Positions 11,956 through 20,981 of a DNA stretch of 64,000 bases are shown here, piece after piece. Positions within the stretch are counted from its first letter, which is position 1. Each line of letters starts with the position of its first letter. The notes under the pieces are model-generated. The model did not search any database. It was not told the origin of the DNA and was given only the letters and a program-made list of their open reading frames with translations. Both the position numbers and the translations under genes were made by a program. Source of the DNA: Desulfobulbus sp. Tol-SR. GTDB taxonomy: Bacteria > Desulfobacterota > Desulfobulbia > Desulfobulbales > Desulfocapsaceae. The DNA lies in assembly GCA_000769715.1 (NCBI GenBank), contig JROS01000011.1, forward strand, positions 2,877 through 66,876, read 5' to 3'.

Positions 11956-14462
11956 TGCTGCATCGCCGCTTCCTCCTCCGCGAGATCTGGCAGGGCCGGA
12001 GACAGGCCCTGATCTTCATCTTCTGCGTCGCCCTGTCGCTGGCCACGACCGTCGCCCTGAACGGCTTCCGCCGCGACATCGATCGCAGCATCACCGGTGA
12101 TGCCCGCGCCCTGCACGGCGGCGACGTCATCCTCCATTCCCACTACGAGCTGTCGCCGGGCCTGCGGCAGGCGCTCGACCGCCTGCAACGGCAAGGGAAG
12201 ATCGCGGCCGCCGTCGATACCTATGGCTTCTATTCGCTGATCCGCAGTTCCCGGGGCGAGCGGACCCAGTTTGCCAATCTCAAGGTGGTGGGCGAGGGCT
12301 ACCCGTTCTACGGCCGGGTCAGCCTGCAGTCGGGGCGGCGGCTCGACCAGGTCCTCAAGGCGGGGGAGATCGTCGTCGCCCCCGAGGTCCTCGACCGGCT
12401 GCAGGTGCGGATCGGCGACCGGATCCACATCGGCGAGGCCCTGCTGCGGGTAGCCGATGTGGTGACATTTGAGGCGGCACGGCCGGTCGACCTGTTCAGT
12501 TTCGGGCCGCGGGTCTTCGTCGCCGCGGCCGACCTGACGGTACTCGATCTGATCAAAAAGGGCAGTCGGGTCAACTACGAAACCCTGGTCAAGGCCAGCC
12601 GGGACAGCGAGGTCGAGCCGCTGGCGGCTGAGCTGCGGGCCGGCTCGATCGCCGGTCAGGAGCGGGTCGAGACCTTTCGTACCGCCGGGTCCCGGATCAA
12701 GCGCTTCTTCGACAACCTCCTGTTCTTTCTCTCGCTGATCTCGCTCTTCACCCTGCTCCTCGCCGGGATCGGGATGCAGAGTTCGCTCGCCGCCCTGCTG
12801 CGGGAAAAGGAGACGACCCTGGCCATCGTCAAGGCCCTGGGGGCGACCACAGGGTTTCTCTACCGCCATTACCTTGTCCTGGCCCTGCTCCTCGGGATCA
12901 TCGGCAGCCTCGCCGGCAGCGTTGCCGGGATGGTGCTCGAAGGCTTTCTGCCGCGGCTCTTCACCGGCCTGCTGCCCCCCGGCAGCCAGGTCGAGGTCTC
13001 CATCCTCGACCTGGTGCAGGGAATGGCGCTCGGTCTCGCAGTCGTCTTCTTCTTCACCTTTCTGCCGCTGTCGCGCCTGAACCGGGTTAAACCGACGGCG
13101 ATCCTTCGGCGGGAGGAGAACGACGGCAACCGGCGGGTCCTCTATTACCTCACCCGGGCCGTCGGTCTGGTTTTCCTCACGACCCTGGTCGTCCTGCAGC
13201 TCCGCGATCTCGAGGTCGGCCTGTGGTTCGTCGGCGGCAGCCTGGCGCTGATCCTGGTGGTGTCATTGCTCACCCGGCTCGTCCTCCGGCTGAGCCGGCG
13301 GCTGTCGCCCCGGCCGCTCGCCCTGCGGCTGGCGGTCCGCAGCCTGGTCCGGCCGGGCAACGCCACCCGCGCCATCGTCGTCACCTTGTCCTCGTCGCTG
13401 GCGATCCTGCTGGCCATTTTCCTGCTGGAGCGCAACCTGCGCCAGACCTTCATCGACTCCTATCCGGCCGCGGCCCCCAACCTCTTCTGTCTCGATATCC
13501 AGAAAGAACAGCGCGACGGCTTCCGCTCCCTGGTCGGCGGCGATGTCGAGCTGTTTCCGGTGGTGCGCGCCCGCCTGACTTCGATCAACGGCCAGCCGGT
13601 GGTCCGGGAGAAGGACGAGACGCCGCGCGGCGACAGCCTGACCCGGGAGTTCAACCTGACCTATCGCGACGATCTGCTGCCCGACGAGGAACTGCGGCGC
13701 GGGCGCAGCCTCTTCCGCGCCGCCAAGGACGGGCGTATCGGCCTGCAGGTGTCGATTCTCGACACCGTCGCCGAGATGGGCGACATGGAGATCGGCGACG
13801 TCCTGCGGTTCAGCATCCAGGGGGTACCGCTGGAGGCCGAGGTGACGAGCATCAGGACCAGGACCAGGTCCAAGCTCTACCCCTTCTTTTACTTCGTCTT
13901 CCCGCCGCCGTATCTCGAAAAGGCGCCGCAGACCTATTTCGCCGCCCTCCACCGGGCCAAGACGGAGATCCCCGGGCTGGAGAACCGCATCGTCACCGCC
14001 TTCCCCAATGTCAGCGTCATCAACATGGCCGCCAGTGCCGCCGAGCTCGGCGGCCTGATGCACCGGCTGGCCGGCATCATCACCTTTTTCGCCGCCTTCT
14101 CCCTGCTGGCCGGGGCCCTGATCCTGGTGAGCTCGATCCTGGCGACGCGGCTGGCCCGGGTGCGGGAGGCGGTGTATTACAAGATCCTCGGCGGCCGCTC
14201 CTCCTTCGTCCTGGCGGTGTTTTTTTACGAAAACCTGCTGCTTGGGCTGACCAGCGCCGTTTTTGCCGTCGTCCTCGCCCAGGCGATCAACTGGGCCGTC
14301 TGCCGCTTTGTCCTCGAGATCGCCGTCCGGGCCGATTGGATGGCAACGCTGGCGGTGATGACCGGGACAGTCGTGCTGGTGATCCTGCTCGGCGTGCTCA
14401 GTTCGGTCTTCATCCTGCGTCAGAAACCCGCCGATTTCCTGCGGCAACAGGGAGGAGAATAG
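11955..14462 (+). CDS. ABC transporter permease, FtsX-domain family (YbbP-like, two FtsX modules)
   Basis: ATG at 11955 overlaps the upstream TGA (TGATG). About 835 aa with repeated TM bundles. Only this part of the 1129-aa track ORF is credible. Confidence 0.85.
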   Translation: MLHRRFLLREIWQGRRQALIFIFCVALSLATTVALNGFRRDIDRSITGDARALHGGDVILHSHYELSPGLRQALDRLQRQGKIAAAVDTYGFYSLIRSSRGERTQFANLKVVGEGYPFYGRVSLQSGRRLDQVLKAGEIVVAPEVLDRLQVRIGDRIHIGEALLRVADVVTFEAARPVDLFSFGPRVFVAAADLTVLDLIKKGSRVNYETLVKASRDSEVEPLAAELRAGSIAGQERVETFRTAGSRIKRFFDNLLFFLSLISLFTLLLAGIGMQSSLAALLREKETTLAIVKALGATTGFLYRHYLVLALLLGIIGSLAGSVAGMVLEGFLPRLFTGLLPPGSQVEVSILDLVQGMALGLAVVFFFTFLPLSRLNRVKPTAILRREENDGNRRVLYYLTRAVGLVFLTTLVVLQLRDLEVGLWFVGGSLALILVVSLLTRLVLRLSRRLSPRPLALRLAVRSLVRPGNATRAIVVTLSSSLAILLAIFLLERNLRQTFIDSYPAAAPNLFCLDIQKEQRDGFRSLVGGDVELFPVVRARLTSINGQPVVREKDETPRGDSLTREFNLTYRDDLLPDEELRRGRSLFRAAKDGRIGLQVSILDTVAEMGDMEIGDVLRFSIQGVPLEAEVTSIRTRTRSKLYPFFYFVFPPPYLEKAPQTYFAALHRAKTEIPGLENRIVTAFPNVSVINMAASAAELGGLMHRLAGIITFFAAFSLLAGALILVSSILATRLARVREAVYYKILGGRSSFVLAVFFYENLLLGLTSAVFAVVLAQAINWAVCRFVLEIAVRADWMATLAVMTGTVVLVILLGVLSSVFILRQKPADFLRQQGGE

Positions 14463-14627
14463 CGGCGATGGGTCCCGGCGGCGACCACGGCCTGCCGGGG
14501 AGGCCGCCCTTGATTTCAGCTCGTGCTGCTGCTACAGTCGAAGGGTACCGGACCGGGTTCGGTCCCTCCCCCGGCTCGGTCTTCATTCGGCCGACCGCAA
14601 CGACCGCAACGAATTTTGAGGACAGCC

Positions 14628-15011
14628 ATGCTCCATCCCATCCTCGCCATCAGCATCGGTGCTTCCGCCGGAGCGGTGCTGCGCTGGCTGCTCGGCCTGA
14701 CCCTCAATGCCGTGTTCCCGGCCATCCCGCTCGGAACGCTGGCCGCCAACCTGGTCGGCGGCTACCTGATCGGCCTGGCGATGACGGTGTTCGCCAATCT
14801 GCCCGGTCTGGCGCCGGAATGGCGGCTCCTGATCATCACCGGTTTTCTCGGCGGGCTGACCACCTTTTCCACCTTCTCCGCCGAGGTCACCGTCCTGCTC
14901 CAGCAAGGTCGTTATCTCTGGGCCGGGGTGGCGGTATCGATCCATGTCGCCGGTTCGCTGCTGATGACGATGCTCGGCATCGCCACCGTCGTGCTGGTAC
15001 AACGTCTTTGA
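14628..15011 (+). CDS. crcB: Fluoride ion channel CrcB/FluC
   Basis: 127 aa from ATG 14628. It has four TM segments and the [13 protein letters not shown] motif. Confidence 0.9.
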   Translation: MLHPILAISIGASAGAVLRWLLGLTLNAVFPAIPLGTLAANLVGGYLIGLAMTVFANLPGLAPEWRLLIITGFLGGLTTFSTFSAEVTVLLQQGRYLWAGVAVSIHVAGSLLMTMLGIATVVLVQRL

Positions 15012-15025
15012 TGAGGAGAGAGTGT

Positions 15026-15343
15026 ATGCTTGGATTCCAACTCACCTTCTTTACCCAGCAGGACCGCAGGCACCATGGCGTTTCCCTCGGCCAGTGGCTG
15101 CTCGAGGTGGCGCAGGGGCTCGGCATCAACGGGGCGACGCTGATCACGGCGGCGGAAGGATTCGGTCATGACCGCAAGATCCGATCGGCGCATTTCTTCG
15201 AACTGACCGAGCAGCCGATCGAGGTGACGATGGCGGTCAGCGGCGAGGAGGCGGATCGTCTGTTTGTCCGGTTGAAGGACGAAGAGATCAATATCTTCTT
15301 CATCAAGACCCCGATCGAGTTCGGCATGACCGGAGAACTCTGA
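15026..15343 (+). CDS. DUF190 (PII-like) protein commonly co-transcribed with crcB
   Basis: 105 aa with a GAGGAGAGAG RBS before ATG 15026. Sequence MLGFQLTFFTQQDRRHHG...ITAAEGFG is typical of DUF190. It is the 3' part of an otherwise artefactual 706-aa track ORF. Confidence 0.8.
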   Translation: MLGFQLTFFTQQDRRHHGVSLGQWLLEVAQGLGINGATLITAAEGFGHDRKIRSAHFFELTEQPIEVTMAVSGEEADRLFVRLKDEEINIFFIKTPIEFGMTGEL

Positions 15344-16572
15344 TGTTCGACATGGTGCGTCGACTGCCCCAGGCGGTGTGGCTTATTGGCCTGATCAGCC
15401 TGGTCAACGATGCCGCTTCGGATATGCTGTACCCCTTGATTCCCCTGTATCTCGCCTCGGTGCTGATGGCCGGGCCGCGGACGCTGGGCATCATCGAGGG
15501 CATAGCCGAGGCGACCGCCAGCATCCTCAAGCTGTTTTCCGGCGTGATCGTCGATTATACCAGCCGGACCAAGGCCTGGATCGTATTCGGCTATGCCCTG
15601 GCCGGCTTCGGCCGACCGTTGATCGCCTTCATCTCCAGTTGGCCGTTTCTGCTCGCCATCCGCTTTGCCGATCGAGTCGGCAAGGGGTTGCGGACCTCCC
15701 CGCGCGATGCCCTGCTGGCGGCCAGCGCCGGCCCGGACATGCGCGGCCTGGCCTTCGGCCTGCACCGGGCGATGGATAACGCCGGGGCGGTCCTCGGTCC
15801 TGTGGTGGCCTCCCTGCTGCTGGGATTCGGGATGTCGCTTAAGGACATCTTCCTGTGGTCGATTGTCCCGGCAGTCCTCTGCCTGGTCCTGGCCCTGAAA
15901 ATTCGTGAACCCGACAGGATCATCCGGGGCCCGGCAGTGAAGATATCCTGGCGGCTGCACGACATGCCGCCCGCCTTCCGCCGTTATCTCGTGATCGTCG
16001 CGATCTTTACCCTGGGAAATTCGTCGAACATGTTTCTCCTCCTCCGGGCCCAGGAACTCGGGGTGCCGCAGGCCCGGGTACCGCTGTTGTGGGCCGCCGT
16101 CTCCGCCGTGGCGATGCTGTTCTCGACGCCGCTGTCGGCACTGTCGGACCGATGGGGCCGGGTCCGTCTGCTGCTTGTCGGCTACCTGACCTACGGGGTA
16201 TTTTATCTCGCGATGGGGCTGATGCGCGGCAATGGCCTCGGCCTGTATGCCCTTTTCGGCTTTTACGGTCTGTTCATGGCTGCCACCGAGGGGGTGGAAA
16301 AAGCGATGGTGGCCGATCTCGCCCCCGAGGGCCGGAGGGGCACCGCCTTCGGCTGGTTCAACCTGACCGCCGGCCTCATGCTGCTGCCGGCCTCGATCCT
16401 GTTCGGCTGGCTGTACGAGCGATTCTCGTCGCTGCCGGCCTTTACCTTCTCCGGCGCCTGCTCGATCATCGCCGCCCTGCTGCTGGTTACATGGTTTCGC
16501 CCCGGGAGGCGAGGGAAGCGGGGGGAAGGGCGTACCCGCAACACGGACGCCGGCACCGGCAAGGGAGGGTAA
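15343..16572 (+). CDS. MFS transporter
   Basis: 409 aa with about 12 hydrophobic segments. The start overlaps the upstream stop. Confidence 0.85.
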   Translation: MFDMVRRLPQAVWLIGLISLVNDAASDMLYPLIPLYLASVLMAGPRTLGIIEGIAEATASILKLFSGVIVDYTSRTKAWIVFGYALAGFGRPLIAFISSWPFLLAIRFADRVGKGLRTSPRDALLAASAGPDMRGLAFGLHRAMDNAGAVLGPVVASLLLGFGMSLKDIFLWSIVPAVLCLVLALKIREPDRIIRGPAVKISWRLHDMPPAFRRYLVIVAIFTLGNSSNMFLLLRAQELGVPQARVPLLWAAVSAVAMLFSTPLSALSDRWGRVRLLLVGYLTYGVFYLAMGLMRGNGLGLYALFGFYGLFMAATEGVEKAMVADLAPEGRRGTAFGWFNLTAGLMLLPASILFGWLYERFSSLPAFTFSGACSIIAALLLVTWFRPGRRGKRGEGRTRNTDAGTGKGG

Positions 16573-17255
16573 TGCGTATGAAGATGGAGATTTGGCCGAT
16601 ACTGATCGTGGTTCTGGGGGTCCTTGTCGCATCGTGCCGCGACGACCCGGAGCCGCCGGCGGCGCCGGCGGAGCCGGACAAATCCTCCCTGACCATCGTC
16701 GCGGTCGGCGACAGCCTGACCGCCGGCTACGGCATTGAGGAAGGCGAGGCCTATCCGGCCTTGGTGGAAAAGGCGCTGCGGGCCGAAGGGATGAAGGTGC
16801 AGGTGGTCAACGCCGGGGTGAGCGGCGAGACGTCGAGCGGCACCCTGGCCCGGCTCGACTGGGTGCTGACCCTCGACCCCGACATCGTCATCCTCGAAAC
16901 CGGTGCCAATGACGGCCTGCGCGGGCTCGACACCGCCATGGTGCGGGACAACCTGGAGCAGATCATCGACCTCCTGCAGCAGAGAGATATCGTCGTCATC
17001 CTGGCCGGGATGAAGATGGTGTGGAATCTCGGTCCGGCCTATACCGGCGAGTTCAATCGCATTTTTCCCGACCTGGCGGCGAAAAAGGGGCTGATCTTCA
17101 TGCCGTTTTTCCTTCAAGGGGTGGCCACCGACCCGGCCCTTAATCGCGATGACGGTATCCACCCCAACCCGGCCGGGCACCGGATCATCGCCGACAATAT
17201 CCTCCCCTTCGTCAGGGAGGCGATCACCGTCCTCGGCAGCAAGGCATCCAGGTAA
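16572..17255 (+). CDS. SGNH/GDSL arylesterase-lysophospholipase, TesA-like lipoprotein
   Basis: ATG overlaps the MFS stop (TAATG). It has a lipobox (LVASC) and SGNH blocks VGDSLTAGYG, GANDGLRG and DGIHPN. Confidence 0.85.
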   Translation: MRMKMEIWPILIVVLGVLVASCRDDPEPPAAPAEPDKSSLTIVAVGDSLTAGYGIEEGEAYPALVEKALRAEGMKVQVVNAGVSGETSSGTLARLDWVLTLDPDIVILETGANDGLRGLDTAMVRDNLEQIIDLLQQRDIVVILAGMKMVWNLGPAYTGEFNRIFPDLAAKKGLIFMPFFLQGVATDPALNRDDGIHPNPAGHRIIADNILPFVREAITVLGSKASR

Positions 17256-17261
17256 CGTACC

Positions 17262-18686
17262 GTGGCCATGAGCAAATCGAAAACACCGGACGACATCACC
17301 AGCATCGCCACCGAGGTGATTCTCGAGAGCATATCGGACGGGGTTTTCACCGTCGATCATCAGTGGCGGATCACCTCGTTCAACCGGGCGGCCGAGGAGA
17401 TAACCGGCGTGCCGCGCGATGAGGCTGTCGGCCGGTACTGCTGGGAGGTCTTCCGGTCGAACATGTGCGAAGGCGACTGTGCCCTCAAACGGACGATGAA
17501 GGAGGGTAAGTCCTTTGTCAACTCGTCGACCTATATCATCAACAGCGACAAGCGGCGGATCCCGATTTCGGTTTCGACGTCGCTGCTCAAAAGCGCCGAC
17601 CGGAATGTGCTCGGCGGGGTCGAGACCTTCCGTGATCTCAGTGTGGTCGAGGAACTGCGGCGGGAACTGAGCGGTTGCGTCCAGCTCGGGGACATGGTCA
17701 GCCGCAACCGGACAATGAAGAATATCTTCTCGATCCTCGAGCAGGTTGCCCGCAGTGACAGCACGGTGCTGATCGAAGGGGAGACCGGCACCGGCAAGGA
17801 ATTGCTGGCCCGGGCCATCCACAATCTCTCGAGCCGCGGCACCAGGCCTTTCGTCGCCATCAACTGCGGCGCCCTGCCCGATACCCTGCTCGAGTCCGAA
17901 CTGTTCGGCTACAAGGCCGGGGCCTTTACCGGGGCCGATCGGGACAAGCCGGGGCTGTTTGTGGCGGCGGAGGGCGGGACGATCCTGCTCGACGAGATGG
18001 GCGATACCAGCCCGGCCTTCCAGGTCAAGCTCCTGCGCGTGCTCGAGGAGCGGGAGTTCCATCCCCTCGGCGGGATTGCCAACGTGCGGACCGATGTCCG
18101 GGTCATCGCCGCCACAAACCGCGATCTGTCGCAGATGGCGGGGGACGGCATTTTCCGGCGCGACCTGTTCTATCGTATCAATATCATTCATCTGCACTTG
18201 CCGCCGCTGAGGGAACGGCGCGAGGATATCCCCCTGTTGATCGAACGCGTCATCCCCCGGATGAACCGCCTCAAGGGCAAGGCGGTCAGCGGCATCGACA
18301 AGGAGGCCCTGGCGCTGCTCATGTCGCATGATTATCCCGGGAATATCCGGGAACTGGAGAATATCATCGAACATGCCTTTGTCCTCTGCGCCGACGGGAC
18401 GATCGGCGTCCGCCACCTCCCCGCCGGTGTGGTGGCGGTGGGGACCACCCGGAGGGGTGATCGCCCGGCGGTGACCACCGGGGAGATTCCGAGGCTGGCT
18501 GAGGCGATTCGCTCGACCGAGGCCGAAATCATCCTCGAGGCCCTGAAGCGCAACGACTACAACCGCCGGGCGACGGCCGAGGAGTTGGGGATGCACAAGA
18601 CCACCCTGTATCGTCGTCTCCGGAGTCTGGGTATCAGGCTCCCCGACCGTGATGGCCGATCGGTCCGCCAACATCTCGGCATATAG
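17262..18686 (+). CDS. Sigma-54-dependent transcriptional activator (PAS sensor, AAA+ domain, Fis-type HTH)
   Basis: 474 aa with GETGTGKE, the GAFTGA loop (YKAGAFTGAD), ESELFGY and a C-terminal HTH (LGMHKTTLYRRL). Confidence 0.9.
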   Translation: MAMSKSKTPDDITSIATEVILESISDGVFTVDHQWRITSFNRAAEEITGVPRDEAVGRYCWEVFRSNMCEGDCALKRTMKEGKSFVNSSTYIINSDKRRIPISVSTSLLKSADRNVLGGVETFRDLSVVEELRRELSGCVQLGDMVSRNRTMKNIFSILEQVARSDSTVLIEGETGTGKELLARAIHNLSSRGTRPFVAINCGALPDTLLESELFGYKAGAFTGADRDKPGLFVAAEGGTILLDEMGDTSPAFQVKLLRVLEEREFHPLGGIANVRTDVRVIAATNRDLSQMAGDGIFRRDLFYRINIIHLHLPPLRERREDIPLLIERVIPRMNRLKGKAVSGIDKEALALLMSHDYPGNIRELENIIEHAFVLCADGTIGVRHLPAGVVAVGTTRRGDRPAVTTGEIPRLAEAIRSTEAEIILEALKRNDYNRRATAEELGMHKTTLYRRLRSLGIRLPDRDGRSVRQHLGI

Positions 18687-18736
18687 TTGCATACACGCAT
18701 TCATATGCAACGATATGCATCTACAAGGATTGCATT
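18687..18736. promoter_or_regulatory. Candidate enhancer (UAS): perfect 8-bp inverted repeat GTTGCATA-N10-TATGCAAC plus further TGCAT repeats
   Basis: GTTGCATA at 18687-18694 pairs with TATGCAAC at 18705-18712. ATATGCAT (18714-18721) and TTGCAT (18731-18736) follow. The site lies about 130-160 bp upstream of the sigma-54 promoter. Confidence 0.45.
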
Positions 18737-18843
18737 TCCGCTATTATTTTACCCCGCTGTTTTTCTGTAAATCCACTCCTGCTCCCTATCTAACTCACCA
18801 TATTTAATCAGAATAATTGTGAATCGAGGTTGGTTTCCGGTTC

Positions 18844-18859
18844 TGGCACGCCTATTGCT
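18844..18859 (+). promoter_or_regulatory. Sigma-54 (-24/-12) promoter
   Basis: TGGCACGcctaTTGCT is an exact match to TGGCACG-N4-TTGCW. It lies 37 nt upstream of the ATG at 18896 and directly downstream of a sigma-54 activator gene. Confidence 0.75.
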
Positions 18860-18895
18860 GTGCATATGTTAATTATCTAACGGAGGGGATCGGCC

Positions 18896-19294
18896 ATGCG
18901 TGTTGCCATGACAGTCTGGGGAGACCGGGTTTCGCCGGTGTTGGATTGTGCACGGTCTCTGCTCGTCGTGGAGATGGCGGGAAGCAAGGTCGTAGATAAG
19001 GCCATAGAATTCGTTGAGGCAGGATATCTTCCCGGGATGATGCGTATTATCAGGAAACACGGGGTACAGGTCCTGATCTGCGGGGCGGTTTCGCAGGAGC
19101 TGGCCAATATCATCGAAACCTGTGACGTCGAGTTGATACCTTTTCTTGCCGGTGATGCGGAGACGATCCTCGAGACCTTCGCCCGGGGGCAATCAATCTC
19201 CGCCTTTGCCATGCCGGGGTGTCGATGTGCGGGAGGCTGCAGAAGACGCAATGATTGGAGCGCGCTGAAAACATCGGGAAATCGTTCTCGGTGA
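18896..19294 (+). CDS. NifX/NifB-C-terminal-like (dinitrogenase FeMo-cofactor-biosynthesis domain) protein with a Cys-rich tail
   Basis: 132 aa. MRVAMTVWGDRVSPVLDCARSLLVVE...VLICGAVS is typical of the family. The tail is AMPGCRCAGGC. Confidence 0.8.
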   Translation: MRVAMTVWGDRVSPVLDCARSLLVVEMAGSKVVDKAIEFVEAGYLPGMMRIIRKHGVQVLICGAVSQELANIIETCDVELIPFLAGDAETILETFARGQSISAFAMPGCRCAGGCRRRNDWSALKTSGNRSR

Positions 19295-19327
19295 AGAGTG
19301 AATCATAAACCCAGAGGAGGTCGGAAC

Positions 19328-19705
19328 ATGCCGGGAATGAATCGCAAAGGGGGGTGGAACGTGCCGGGAGCCAATTTCGAGGAGCGAGAGGGGACAAGAC
19401 CGATGACCGGCGGCGGGCGCGGAATCTGTCGGAGAAGCGGCGATGCTGCAGCGCAGGGGCGAGGAATGAACCAGGGCGGAAACCGGGGGCAGGGAATCTG
19501 CCGGGGCCAGGGAGGTGGTCGGGGGCTCGGGCGGAGTGGCATGATCGGCGGTGCGGCACCTGGTACGGCAGGCTTTACCCCGGGAGGGAATGCGGCCGAA
19601 GGTCGACAGCCGTCGGGACAGGGCGCGGCGGGCCAACGGGCACTTGAGGCAATAATGGACGCCGTTCGACAACTGGAAGAAAAAAACCGGAAAAGGGAAG
19701 GGTAA
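19328..19705 (+). CDS. DUF5320-like Gly/Arg-rich protein with a C-terminal coiled coil
   Basis: ATG 19328 follows an AGAGGAGG RBS. MPGMNRKGG...RPMTGGGRGICRR... resembles the DUF5320 N-terminus. The sequence is low complexity with GRG repeats. Confidence 0.65.
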   Translation: MPGMNRKGGWNVPGANFEEREGTRPMTGGGRGICRRSGDAAAQGRGMNQGGNRGQGICRGQGGGRGLGRSGMIGGAAPGTAGFTPGGNAAEGRQPSGQGAAGQRALEAIMDAVRQLEEKNRKREG

Positions 19706-19707
19706 GA

Positions 19708-20121
19708 GTGAAGACGATGCGGCGCGTTGTGCTGGCCAGCTACGAACATGAAGGTTTGGCGAGATTGGTGGCAGGTCTGGCGCAGAACGGGGATGTAGAG
19801 ATCATTGGGGTCGATACCGCTGCCGCTGCCCTTGATGCCGTGCAAAGAAAAGCGGTGCATCTGGTGGTGGTGGGAGAAGAACTTGCGGATACGGATCCTG
19901 TCGATTGTGTCAACAGGCTCATTCGTCTCAATCCGATGATCAATTGCGCGATGGTCAGCGCCTTGGCTGCGGAGGACTTTCATGAGGCGACGGAGGGGCT
20001 TGGGGTGTTGATGCAGTTGCCGCCCAATCCTTCCGGCGCCGATGCCGCCGTTCTGATGTCGAAGGTGGAGGCGCTCAGTGCCCTGCTCGACGCGGATACC
20101 GTACAGGGGGCGCGGACATGA
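19708..20121 (+). CDS. Receiver-like (CheY-fold) protein lacking the phospho-acceptor Asp (pseudo-receiver)
   Basis: 137 aa with a GTG start and a receiver-like alternating beta/alpha pattern. The beta3 end reads HLVVVGEEL, with Gly where Asp is expected, and there is no acidic pair after beta1. Confidence 0.6.
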   Translation: MKTMRRVVLASYEHEGLARLVAGLAQNGDVEIIGVDTAAAALDAVQRKAVHLVVVGEELADTDPVDCVNRLIRLNPMINCAMVSALAAEDFHEATEGLGVLMQLPPNPSGADAAVLMSKVEALSALLDADTVQGART

Positions 20122-20981
20122 TCATCAGTGTGGCGAGCGGCAAGGGCGGCACCGGCAAGACGACGGTGGCCACCAATATGGCGCTCAGCATGGAAGGTGG
20201 GTGCACGCTCCTCGACTGTGATGTCGAAGAGCCCAATGTCCATCTCTTCCTCCACCCGGTCATCGAGCGCCGCGAGACGGTGACGACGTTTATCCCTGCG
20301 GTGGACGACAGCCGGTGCACCTGGTGCCGCAAATGCGCCGACATCTGCCGCTTCCGAGCTATTGCGGTGGTAGGGCAAAAAGTCCTTGTCTTCCCGGAGC
20401 TCTGTCACAGTTGCGGCGGCTGTCAGGTGATCTGCCCGGAACAGGCGATAGGTGAAGGCTTGCGGGAACTGGGTGTCGTCGAATGGGGAGAAGGCGCGGG
20501 GGTGCCGGTGGTCCAAGGCCGGATCAGGGTCGGCGAGGCGATGGCGCCGCCCTTGATCAGGAAAGTACGTGCGGCGGCAAAGAGCGATGGGACCGTCATC
20601 ATTGACGCCCCCCCGGGGACCTCCTGTCCGGTCATCGCGGCGATGCGCGGAGTCGATTTTGTCCTGCTGGTGACCGAACCGACCCCCTTCGGGCTCCATG
20701 ATCTCGAACTCGCGGTCGGGGCGGTGCGGCTGCTGGATATTCCCTGCGGCCTGGTCATCAACCGGGCCGACATGGGGGACGATCGGGTTCGGCAGTACGC
20801 CCGCCGCGAGCAGCTGCCGGTCCTGCTCGAAATTCCATTTGATCGCCGCATCGCCGAGACTTATTCCCGTGGCCGCATGATTGTCGAGGAACTGCCTGAG
20901 TGGAAAGAAAAATTCAGGGATTTGTTTCGGCGGATCGAGGAACGGGTCGAGGCGGCGCCAAAGGGGAGGACGGAGCAATGA
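20118..20981 (+). CDS. MinD/ParA/Mrp-family P-loop ATPase with an inserted 2x[4Fe-4S] ferredoxin domain
   Basis: 287 aa with a deviant Walker A (SGKGGTGKTT) and two Cys clusters, CTWCRKCADIC and CHSCGGCQVICP. Confidence 0.9.
   Translation: MIISVASGKGGTGKTTVATNMALSMEGGCTLLDCDVEEPNVHLFLHPVIERRETVTTFIPAVDDSRCTWCRKCADICRFRAIAVVGQKVLVFPELCHSCGGCQVICPEQAIGEGLRELGVVEWGEGAGVPVVQGRIRVGEAMAPPLIRKVRAAAKSDGTVIIDAPPGTSCPVIAAMRGVDFVLLVTEPTPFGLHDLELAVGAVRLLDIPCGLVINRADMGDDRVRQYARREQLPVLLEIPFDRRIAETYSRGRMIVEELPEWKEKFRDLFRRIEERVEAAPKGRTEQ

Noticed and set aside
13223-15025. First 600 aa of the 706-aa + strand ORF
   Set aside because: It is out of frame over the permease and crcB genes. Only the last 105 codons (15026-15343, DUF190) have an RBS and family-like sequence.
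16263-18710. 815-aa minus-strand ORF, the longest ORF in this part of the track
   Set aside because: It is antisense to the MFS, TesA-like and sigma-54 activator genes, all of which have clear motifs. Its translation is R/G/D/P/H-rich with no recognisable domain.
19303-19983. 226-aa minus-strand ORF over the DUF5320 gene
   Set aside because: It is antisense to a Gly/Arg-rich low-complexity gene, so the complementary Pro/Ala-rich frame is open by composition. The + strand gene has a strong RBS and fits operon spacing.
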